From positions 1-53,800 of the IMG/VR virus record IMGVR_UViG_3300031963_000202: a stretch of DNA of 53,800 nt. One strand, 5' to 3'. Position 1 is the first letter of the stretch. Every line of letters starts with the position of its first letter. The stretch comes from a virus (lineage: Duplodnaviria > Caudoviricetes). Made by a program: the position numbers and the translations under genes. Shown piece by piece: positions 8,862-16,963 of this stretch. The notes below the pieces were generated by a model that was not told where the DNA came from, ran no database searches, and saw only the letters and a program-made list of their open reading frames with translations.

Positions 8862-9009
8862 CGAACCAGATTACGAAGAGCTACTTGACCAGTATGAAGT
8901 TCTAACAAGAGCTTTTACTGGTTGGACACTCGCAGACATACGCGCCTTATCAGTTCGTGAAAGACAGAACTGGTTAGAACGTTCCCAACGATATCAACCT
9001 AGAGGATAG
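8845..9009 (+). CDS. Start-less second tail-chaperone segment (probable +1 frameshift extension)
   Basis: The +1 frame is open from TAG 8842-8844 to TAG 9007-9009 with no ATG/GTG/TTG; encodes GWTLADIRALSVRERQNWL, a GpE/gpT-like motif. Confidence 0.7.
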   Translation: MCFVYSEPDYEELLDQYEVLTRAFTGWTLADIRALSVRERQNWLERSQRYQPRG

Positions 9010-9011
9010 TG

Positions 9012-11285
9012 ATGGCAAGAGAAGACCTTAACATGGGTAGCTCTAACGCTGCCGCGTTTATCTCATCCCTAAGAACTGGCCTGTCCTCACTGCGACAGGA
9101 GATGAACCTCCTAAAGCAAGACACGGGAGGTTGGTCAAGCCTACTCGGTGGAGCGATGGGAAAGCTGGGTGGCCGCGGCGGTGGTTACGGACAGCCTGGT
9201 AACAATCTTGTTGCTCCTGTACCAGTATTTAATGTAACAACCCTAGGTGACACATCACAGGGTTACATGTACGAACAGTCTGGTCATAACCGACTGTTTA
9301 ATGCTCCTGGTATAGAACCATACCGCCCTCTACCTACATACTACACAGGCGCACCGACAGGTGCGGGTGGTGGCGGTGGGGGCATGTCTCCTGCTATGCA
9401 GCGCGGTTTAATGGGCGGTGCTGTTGGTGGTATAGCTGCAATGCCTACCGCAAAAGAAGCTGTTGAATATGAACTTGCTACTCAAAGAATGGTGTTCTAT
9501 CAACAGCAAGCCTCTTATCAGCCTGGTGGAAGAATCAGACCTTTCTCTAATTTAATCCCAGGTAACCCAGACCCTAACAGCGACTACGCAAGAGCAACTG
9601 CTCTACTCCAACAACTAGGACGTAGTGGAACAACTACAGGTAAGTTTGACACTGTACAAGCAATGGAAGCTGCACGACAGCTTGGTATTGGTGGACCTAA
9701 CTTTGCAAGCGTAGCGCTAGGCACAGCGCAGATGTCTAACATCACTCCTGGTATTGGTGTTGAAGGTTCAATGAGAGCATACGGCGCACTACAACAGGGT
9801 CGTAACGTTAATATGCTTCGCGGTATTGGTATTCGTATTCGTGGTGAAGATGGTTCTATGAAACCTATGCCACAAATTATTGACGAAATTTGGTCTAAGT
9901 TAATGAGAGAAAAGATGGGTAACGAACCCATCACTGTACAAGATGTTCAGATATCTCTACAGCCTGGTAACGCTCTTGCATCTATGCTTGACCAGTACTT
10001 TGGAAACGACCCGTTACTTCGTAAGCAAGTAGAAGATGGACTTATGCTTAAAGCCAGAAGCGGCGGTGTAGGGTTTGCTGGTAGAGACCTTAAAAAACTG
10101 GGAGAAAAATACGGAGCTACTACACCTGCAGTCAGCTCTTTAAGTCAGAGAATTACTGAGTCTACTAGAAACTTACAACAAGCAGCCCCCGCTATGTCTG
10201 ACGCGTTTACAGCAGCGAACCGTGTTGTTAGTTACTTCACTGGATTTATGAATTTAATTGATAGGTTTACTGGGTTGTTCTCTGGGTTAAGCGCAATTAA
10301 AAGCGGCGTTACTACGCTGGGGTCTAGCGGTCTTGGCAGTATCCTATCTGGAGCTGTTAACTTTGCTGCGGGCCCACTGCTAGGCGGTTTGCTTGGCAAC
10401 ATGTTTAAAGCAGAGGGCGGACCTGTTGGTGGAAAGATGCCATATGTTGTAGGTGAGCAGGGTCCTGAGCTATTCGTCCCTGAACAGCCAGGCATTATTG
10501 TTCCTAACCACGAGTTAAAGAACCACCCATTCCGACATGCGGGTGGCCCTGCATACCCAGGACACCCACACAATGGGGAGTTTACAGGACCTAAGGGTTC
10601 TGGAGCACAGCAGTTAAGCCCAGATGAGTTAAAGAAAGTTTTAGAAAGAGCAGGATTTGAAGGACAAGGATTAGCAAACGCATTAAAAATTGCGGGAGCT
10701 GAATCTGGTAGACGCCCATATGCATTTAACCCACACGGTGGAGACCTCTCTTATGGTCTATTCCAAATTAACATGCTCGGCGACCTTATGAATGAACGCC
10801 TAAATAAATCTTGGAAAGCTGCAGACGGCAAGACTTTTAAACTAGGTTCAGTAAATGACCTATATGATGCAGAGACAAACGCACGAGTTGCCTATCACAT
10901 GTCTCAAAAGGGTTATAACTGGAGCTCTTGGTCTACTAAGTCTGTACTTGGTAACAACAATCCAGAAGGTGAGGGTGGTTCAGATAGGTCTACTTTTGCC
11001 TCTGCCTCAAAGAACAAAGGCGGGGATGATACAAAGTTTAGTTGGTCTAAGTTGTTCACTCAAGATGGGACAAGTAACAAAAACTTAATATCAGACTTAC
11101 TAAAGGGCTTTACCTCTATGTCAAGCCCAGCATTAAAGACTACATCTCAAGTAGGCGCAACCACATACAACTATGGCGGTGTTACCGTAAACCTATCAGG
11201 TGGAGGAAGCCCATCAGACAATATTGCAGCCCTAAAGGCGGCTCTATCAAACTCAGAGACTCTAGATAAGGCGGCTAAAAACTAA
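9012..11285 (+). CDS. Tape measure protein with C-terminal lytic transglycosylase (SLT/lysozyme-like) domain
   Basis: Gly/Ala-rich; AEGGPV..YVVGEQGPELFVP; AESG...SYGLFQIN...LYDAETNARVA. ATG 9012 after GAGG. Confidence 0.9.
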   Translation: MAREDLNMGSSNAAAFISSLRTGLSSLRQEMNLLKQDTGGWSSLLGGAMGKLGGRGGGYGQPGNNLVAPVPVFNVTTLGDTSQGYMYEQSGHNRLFNAPGIEPYRPLPTYYTGAPTGAGGGGGGMSPAMQRGLMGGAVGGIAAMPTAKEAVEYELATQRMVFYQQQASYQPGGRIRPFSNLIPGNPDPNSDYARATALLQQLGRSGTTTGKFDTVQAMEAARQLGIGGPNFASVALGTAQMSNITPGIGVEGSMRAYGALQQGRNVNMLRGIGIRIRGEDGSMKPMPQIIDEIWSKLMREKMGNEPITVQDVQISLQPGNALASMLDQYFGNDPLLRKQVEDGLMLKARSGGVGFAGRDLKKLGEKYGATTPAVSSLSQRITESTRNLQQAAPAMSDAFTAANRVVSYFTGFMNLIDRFTGLFSGLSAIKSGVTTLGSSGLGSILSGAVNFAAGPLLGGLLGNMFKAEGGPVGGKMPYVVGEQGPELFVPEQPGIIVPNHELKNHPFRHAGGPAYPGHPHNGEFTGPKGSGAQQLSPDELKKVLERAGFEGQGLANALKIAGAESGRRPYAFNPHGGDLSYGLFQINMLGDLMNERLNKSWKAADGKTFKLGSVNDLYDAETNARVAYHMSQKGYNWSSWSTKSVLGNNNPEGEGGSDRSTFASASKNKGGDDTKFSWSKLFTQDGTSNKNLISDLLKGFTSMSSPALKTTSQVGATTYNYGGVTVNLSGGGSPSDNIAALKAALSNSETLDKAAKN

Positions 11286-12625
11286 TGCCATACTTTGTTC
11301 CACCACAGGCACTTCAAAAAAAGAAAGCTACTGTAAAAAAAGATACAGTTAAAACTACATCTTCTTTAAAAAGAATTAACAACTTAGCTAACGCTAGCGT
11401 TGCAGCAACTACGGCTGGAAGTATTGCGTCATCAGCAGCCCCCACAGTTGCTGTTGCTGCGGCTGCCTCTACGGTTGCTGGCTCTGGACTTAACCGTCAA
11501 GCTGTTGGTGTCGCCCTTAGTAGAGCAGGTAAGGTTGTAAGAGTAGGTGGATTACCTGGACTCGGTGTTGGACTAGGGCTAACTCTTATTGGAAAAGCGT
11601 TAGAGAAAACAGCTGTGAAAGAATATGGTGACTTGGTAGGTAACAACACTCCAGATACAAAGCCTAACAAATCATTTCCTCCAAGAGATTATGACTACAA
11701 CTTACCACCACATAAGTGGAGTCTGCCTGTAAGACCACACCGTGTAGACGGTACTGAAGGTCAAGGAAATACTGCACAGAATAATCATGAAGGTGACTTC
11801 CACAGACTACGTAGAGGTGTCATTTGGCACTGGAGTAACGGAAGCGATATTTCTGCTGTTAAAGAAGAAAACGGTCAAACAGTAGTCACAAGCGCCGCTC
11901 AGATACAAGCGAAGGCCAAAGGAGATGCAGCAAATAAACTATTAAAGCAGAGCTCTGGAAAAGAAAACAACTATAAATATGGTTTTCAATTCTTATGGAA
12001 CCCAGAAACAATTTCGTCTTCTATTGCACGAAACATGGACGTAACCCCATCATCAGCTGACCGATTCCGTTCAGTAGCTGGTGCCTTCCCTGGGCAAGAG
12101 ACTTATCAATTTCAAATTATGTTAGACCGTGTAAATGACTTTGCAGCTTTTAGAAGTATGGCTGGGGATACATACGCAAACTCAATGAACCATCCAAAAG
12201 CTGTAGAGGTAAACGCAAACAGCCCACAGGTTAGAGAGAGTAGGTATTCCAAGATACCAACTAGTGCTATGAGCTATTACCCGTCTGCACTTGGGTCTGT
12301 AAATATGGAGAAAATTAATGACCTAATGAAGTTTGGAACCATGGCTGACCTTGAGTATTTGTTCAAGGCCCTAAACGGAAACGGTGCTAATCAAGGCTCT
12401 GGTGAGTGGGCAACCCTTATGCTTAAGAAGACAGCTAACATTGGGTTCCTATCTCCGAGCCTTCTTGGTTTCAGATTTGGCCCTAATGCTCAGCAGCAAC
12501 TTTCTTTTGTTGGATGGATAACAAACATGTCAATTAATCACACCTACTTTACAGAAGACATGATTCCTTTACGCACAACCGTATCGTTTAGCTGTGACGC
12601 CTTTGCTGGCTCTACAGTAGTTTAG
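11285..12625 (+). CDS. Tube initiator / baseplate-tube junction protein (Afp7/gp48-like)
   Basis: FQFLWNPETISSS and FVGWITNMSINHTYF...PLRTTVSFS motifs; follows the tape measure. Confidence 0.65.
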   Translation: MPYFVPPQALQKKKATVKKDTVKTTSSLKRINNLANASVAATTAGSIASSAAPTVAVAAAASTVAGSGLNRQAVGVALSRAGKVVRVGGLPGLGVGLGLTLIGKALEKTAVKEYGDLVGNNTPDTKPNKSFPPRDYDYNLPPHKWSLPVRPHRVDGTEGQGNTAQNNHEGDFHRLRRGVIWHWSNGSDISAVKEENGQTVVTSAAQIQAKAKGDAANKLLKQSSGKENNYKYGFQFLWNPETISSSIARNMDVTPSSADRFRSVAGAFPGQETYQFQIMLDRVNDFAAFRSMAGDTYANSMNHPKAVEVNANSPQVRESRYSKIPTSAMSYYPSALGSVNMEKINDLMKFGTMADLEYLFKALNGNGANQGSGEWATLMLKKTANIGFLSPSLLGFRFGPNAQQQLSFVGWITNMSINHTYFTEDMIPLRTTVSFSCDAFAGSTVV

Positions 12626-12633
12626 GAGGAAAC

Positions 12634-12915
12634 ATGACTATATATTTAGGTTCTAGATACGAGCCGTCTTTTGTTGACTTTGTTTCTACCGTCCCAAACG
12701 GGGACGAGAATCCTATTGTCTTTTACGATTTTCCTGATATAGGAACGCTTACCTATTACGAGCACACCTATAAAGAGGGGGAGCGCTTAGACCAGCTAGG
12801 TAATAAGTACTACAACCGTTCAAGCATGTGGTGGATTATATTGGACCATAACCCTGAAATTAAAGACATCCTTAACATTCCAGCTGGAACTGTGCTGAGG
12901 ATTCCACGTGTTTAA
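12634..12915 (+). CDS. LysM / tail X (gp53-like) baseplate wedge protein
   Basis: EGERLDQLGNKYY...WWIILDHNPEI...IPAGTVLRIP. Confidence 0.88.
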   Translation: MTIYLGSRYEPSFVDFVSTVPNGDENPIVFYDFPDIGTLTYYEHTYKEGERLDQLGNKYYNRSSMWWIILDHNPEIKDILNIPAGTVLRIPRV

Positions 12916-14242
12916 ATTTGTAAGTGTTTCTTTTCCAGACTCTCCTGAAGGCCCAACGTCTGTGTATAAAGCCGTACTCATGCAAAAAACATATGAACAT
13001 GAGCTATTGGTTTTAACGTTTAAAGATTGGGACCCTAAGTACGAGTCGATTAGGCCAGGAACCCCTATTGAAGTTAAGCTGTCCTCAAACACTACACCTA
13101 GAGATTTTTTTGGGTACATTCATCACATTACCCCATCCGCTACTCCAGGCAAAATGTTTACAGAAGTTGTATGCATAGGTGGCTCATTCCCCCTTAAGCA
13201 AGCTTCCCAACAGACCTATAGAGATTGCACCGCGGACCAAGTTATAAAAGAAATTTGTATTAAACACAGTTTGCGTTTTATAGGAAAGCCTCACCCTAGA
13301 GTTTACGAAATGGTATCTCAAGCTGGGTATACCGACTGGCAACTTGCAGTGCGGTTAGCAAAGCAGATTGGGTACACCCTGCGTGGAGAAAACACTGATA
13401 TCTATTTTGAACCTATCTTGAGTGACTACGAGCTGTATAAGGATGCGGCAAAGGTCTTTATAATGAAAGACGCTAGTGATTCTACTGGCTCTACCTTATA
13501 TGCCTTTCAGCCTTCTATTGGTGAGTCTATTGAGTATGACGGAGAGATGAAGTCCGCTGTAGCTATTAGTGGTGTAGACAGGTTCTCTAAAGCTGCTATG
13601 GCTGAAACTAAACAAAAGAGAAATAAGACTACAAAAACAAAACGCCAAGACGAGTTCTTTGACCGTTTTAACTCTTTAGTTGTAGCGCCGAACTCTCAGA
13701 TTGCAACGTATGAAGCAGAAGCAGCTGAGGCTAGGAACTCTTTCCCATATAGAGGTACTGCTAGTGTGCTTGGTGACCCTACCTTGAGGCCTAATATGCC
13801 CGTATACCTAGCGGGTATTGGGGCTACCTACTCTGGCTATTGGACAATTTTATCTACAGAACACGTAATGATTGAGACTGAAAGAAATGTACCGACCTAT
13901 GTTACTAACATTGTTGTAGGCACTGACTCTCTTGGCTCTGTAAACGGCGTGGCTGGACTAGAGATTGCAGTACCTGGAAGCCCAAAAAGGAAGATAAAAC
14001 CTGGTATGGCCTCTGGTAAACCAAAGACTAGCAAGCCTCTTATAAAGAGTTCAGCCCGTAGAAGTGGTGCCCAAAATAAAGGAAGCTTTGGAAAAATTGG
14101 CAACCGACAAAAGGTTACTGCAAAAATTAAACAACCATCTACCTGGGTTGCTGATAAAAAAACTACTAGGGTAACCTTTACTCCTAAGAAGATTAAGTCA
14201 CCTACCGTGGCTAACAGGGTAAGGAGCAACGCCGTTCGATGA
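12908..14242 (+). CDS. Baseplate hub (late control D / gp27 / VgrG-like)
   Basis: SQAGYTDWQLAVRLAKQIG; GDPTLRP...L.GIG..YSGYW....EH; basic C-terminal tail. Confidence 0.85.
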   Translation: MFKFVSVSFPDSPEGPTSVYKAVLMQKTYEHELLVLTFKDWDPKYESIRPGTPIEVKLSSNTTPRDFFGYIHHITPSATPGKMFTEVVCIGGSFPLKQASQQTYRDCTADQVIKEICIKHSLRFIGKPHPRVYEMVSQAGYTDWQLAVRLAKQIGYTLRGENTDIYFEPILSDYELYKDAAKVFIMKDASDSTGSTLYAFQPSIGESIEYDGEMKSAVAISGVDRFSKAAMAETKQKRNKTTKTKRQDEFFDRFNSLVVAPNSQIATYEAEAAEARNSFPYRGTASVLGDPTLRPNMPVYLAGIGATYSGYWTILSTEHVMIETERNVPTYVTNIVVGTDSLGSVNGVAGLEIAVPGSPKRKIKPGMASGKPKTSKPLIKSSARRSGAQNKGSFGKIGNRQKVTAKIKQPSTWVADKKTTRVTFTPKKIKSPTVANRVRSNAVR

Positions 14243-14793
14243 TAGACGATAAAAGATTTTATGGAATCTACCTAGGCATATGCGTAGATGTGGAGGATGA
14301 TGAGAAAGACAACCGTATTCGTTTACAGGTACCTCAGGTACTAGGTCAGTCAGAAACTGGCTGGGCACGGGCATGTCTCCCTGTTACATCCAATAGCAAT
14401 CACCCTGACCATAAAAAGCATTTGGCATCAGAGGTTGCGGCTTTGTTACAGGCTCATGCTACCCACGCAACACATAGTGAGACAATTACCTCAGGACCAG
14501 CAACGGTTAGTACGTTTGGCTCTCACACCCACACCGTAGCCATCAGCCTTGCACACGACGCTCATACCAATAACCACACAGGTAAGACCCCAGACTCTAC
14601 GTGGAACTTAGACCATGAACATGAAGAAGATGAGAACACAGATAACAAGTGGAATGATGACCAAGAGCAGACGATTGCCAGTACAGCCGAGCACACACCG
14701 CATAGACTAGTACCTAAGCTTGGCCAAAAGGTCTGGGTTATGTTTGAGGGTGGAGACCCTAATTTTCCAGTATGGATGGGAGTTGAGCTGTGA
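14239..14793 (+). CDS. Baseplate spike (gpV/gp5 OB-fold) with His-rich insertion
   Basis: FYGIYLGICVD..D....RIRLQVPQV...TGWARACLP and VPKLGQKVWVMFEGGDPNFPVWMG. Confidence 0.88.
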   Translation: MIDDKRFYGIYLGICVDVEDDEKDNRIRLQVPQVLGQSETGWARACLPVTSNSNHPDHKKHLASEVAALLQAHATHATHSETITSGPATVSTFGSHTHTVAISLAHDAHTNNHTGKTPDSTWNLDHEHEEDENTDNKWNDDQEQTIASTAEHTPHRLVPKLGQKVWVMFEGGDPNFPVWMGVEL

Positions 14794-15191
14794 TAGAGAG
14801 AGCTATAGCGCTGCCGTTTTCTTTTAATTCAGCAGGGGAACTATCCTATACAAACGATGAAAAAAAGATTATCCAGGACAGGCTTGTGCTAGCAATCATG
14901 ACCCGTCCAGGCGAGAGGGTGATGCGCCCAAGCTTTGGAAGCGCAGTTTATGAGACACTATTTGAAGATGAAAATACTGCCATAGCAGTTGCTACTGAGG
15001 CAGTAGCTGCATGTTTTACAGAGTTCTTTCCTTACCTAGAGTTTATAGAAGCAGTCCCAAACCTAGATAGTGGTGGAACCCTAGAGTTAGATATTAAGTA
15101 TAGAAAGTCCCAACAGACACTAACAGAGTCTTTAAGTATAAAGACTAAGATATTCTCCAGAGCTGGAGAGGTAATACAGGAGGTCCGATAA
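14790..15191 (+). CDS. Baseplate wedge protein GpW/gp25
   Basis: TRPGERVMRPSFGS. Confidence 0.92.
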   Translation: MIERAIALPFSFNSAGELSYTNDEKKIIQDRLVLAIMTRPGERVMRPSFGSAVYETLFEDENTAIAVATEAVAACFTEFFPYLEFIEAVPNLDSGGTLELDIKYRKSQQTLTESLSIKTKIFSRAGEVIQEVR

Positions 15192-16963
15192 TGGCAAATG
15201 AAAACTATGTCCCACAAGTAGATTACACCTCTCGTGACTACCTATCCCTTAAAGAGGAGATGCAAGCTTTAATCCCATACTTTGCACCTAACTGGACCAA
15301 CCGTGACCCAGCAGATTTTGGTATGACGTTAATTGAGTTGTTTGCCTATATGGGTGACCAGCTTAACTACTATATTGACCGCTCTCTAAATGAGGCGTTC
15401 ATTACCACCTCTAGTCAAAGAGACAACGTTTTAAAAATTGCACGACTTCTTGGGTATACACCTACAGAGTCTACGGCTGCAAAAGTTCTATTGACTTTTC
15501 AAAACTCAACAGGTAGCACTATTACCGTACCAAAAAGAACTCAGGTAGCAACTACCGTTGTTAACAGCGGTTCTACAACCCAAATTATTTTTGAAACTGA
15601 TAGCGCAGTTACCGTGCCTGCAAAGGTATCAACAGTTAATGGTTCTATTACAGTAACTGCGACCCAAGGTGAGACTGTCGGATATGACCCAGTAACACGT
15701 CCTGAGGATGGGGAGATAGGCGTATCTGGTGGTGCGGCTAATCAGTTCTATCCACTTCCAGAATCTCCAGTAATTGCGGGAAGTATTGAGATAGATGTAT
15801 CTGGAGTTAAGTACTCTTACGTACCGTTTTTAATTGACTACCAAGATTACGACCCAGTTTTTACTACCTTTACAGATGCTGAAGGAACAACCTATGTTCA
15901 ATTTGGTGACGGCATCAGCGGTCGCATCCCAGCGAACCAGGCTTCAATTAGAGCTACGTACAGAATTGGCGGCGGAAAATTTGGTAACGTTGCAGCCAAT
16001 ACTATTAAGTTTATTAAAACCAATTCCACTATTGGCCTTAGCGTAAACAACCAAGATGTTGGACAGACCTCTGGTGCCGCCTCAGGTGGAGCAGACCCAG
16101 AGACCACAGACTCTATTCGTATCAACGCCCCTAGAAGCGTCAGAGCACTTAACCGCGCTGTGTCGTTGTCTGACTACTCTAATATCGCTATTCAAGTACC
16201 AAACGTGGCAAAGGCAAACTCTATCTCAGATGTATACAGCAGTGTAACTATCTTTATTGCACCGTTTGGTGACTCTGGACTACAGGCAGACGGACAGACA
16301 GCATCAGATGTATTTAATAACTTAGCGGTTGATATTGGTAAGTTCTTTGAAGATAAGACACCTCCAGGAACTTCAATCACACTTCAACCACCTGCTTACG
16401 TAGACGTACGACTTAAGCTAGAGTGTGTGATATTGCCACAGTTTAGAAATGCCCAGGTAACGGCTTCAATTCAAGAGGCTATTGCTGAGCTATTTGATTT
16501 TGATAACGTATCTTTTAATGACCGCATAACTACGGCAGACGTTTTAGGAGTCATCAAAGAAGTAGATGGCGTTTCTCGCGTGTCTATGAGTAAGATGATT
16601 AGAAAAGATGAAGACAAGGTATGGAGCATCAATAACAAGGTTCTACTAAATAACGTAGCCACGCTTACAACTACAGCAACTCACAACCTTCAAGTTGGAG
16701 AGACTGTATTGGTAAGTGGCGTTACCGCTCCTTTTGATGGCACTTTTGTTGTTACCGCTGTAGCCCCTACTACTTTTAACTACGCGGTTATTAGTACAAA
16801 CGTTCCTACAGCTGCTGTATCTCCTGTTGGAAAAGTATCCCTATTAGCTGTAAAAGATATTATCTGTTCAGTTAATGAGCTCCCTCAGCTAGAGACAACC
16901 AAGGCTGCTGGAGTAACCACCGTTGTAGGAATAGACCTAACAACAAGCGGAGGCATTAGTTAA
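15191..16963 (+). CDS. Baseplate J / gp6-like wedge protein
   Basis: DYTSRDY, FGDGISGRIP, GGADPET, RAVSLSDY. Confidence 0.93.
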   Translation: MANENYVPQVDYTSRDYLSLKEEMQALIPYFAPNWTNRDPADFGMTLIELFAYMGDQLNYYIDRSLNEAFITTSSQRDNVLKIARLLGYTPTESTAAKVLLTFQNSTGSTITVPKRTQVATTVVNSGSTTQIIFETDSAVTVPAKVSTVNGSITVTATQGETVGYDPVTRPEDGEIGVSGGAANQFYPLPESPVIAGSIEIDVSGVKYSYVPFLIDYQDYDPVFTTFTDAEGTTYVQFGDGISGRIPANQASIRATYRIGGGKFGNVAANTIKFIKTNSTIGLSVNNQDVGQTSGAASGGADPETTDSIRINAPRSVRALNRAVSLSDYSNIAIQVPNVAKANSISDVYSSVTIFIAPFGDSGLQADGQTASDVFNNLAVDIGKFFEDKTPPGTSITLQPPAYVDVRLKLECVILPQFRNAQVTASIQEAIAELFDFDNVSFNDRITTADVLGVIKEVDGVSRVSMSKMIRKDEDKVWSINNKVLLNNVATLTTTATHNLQVGETVLVSGVTAPFDGTFVVTAVAPTTFNYAVISTNVPTAAVSPVGKVSLLAVKDIICSVNELPQLETTKAAGVTTVVGIDLTTSGGIS

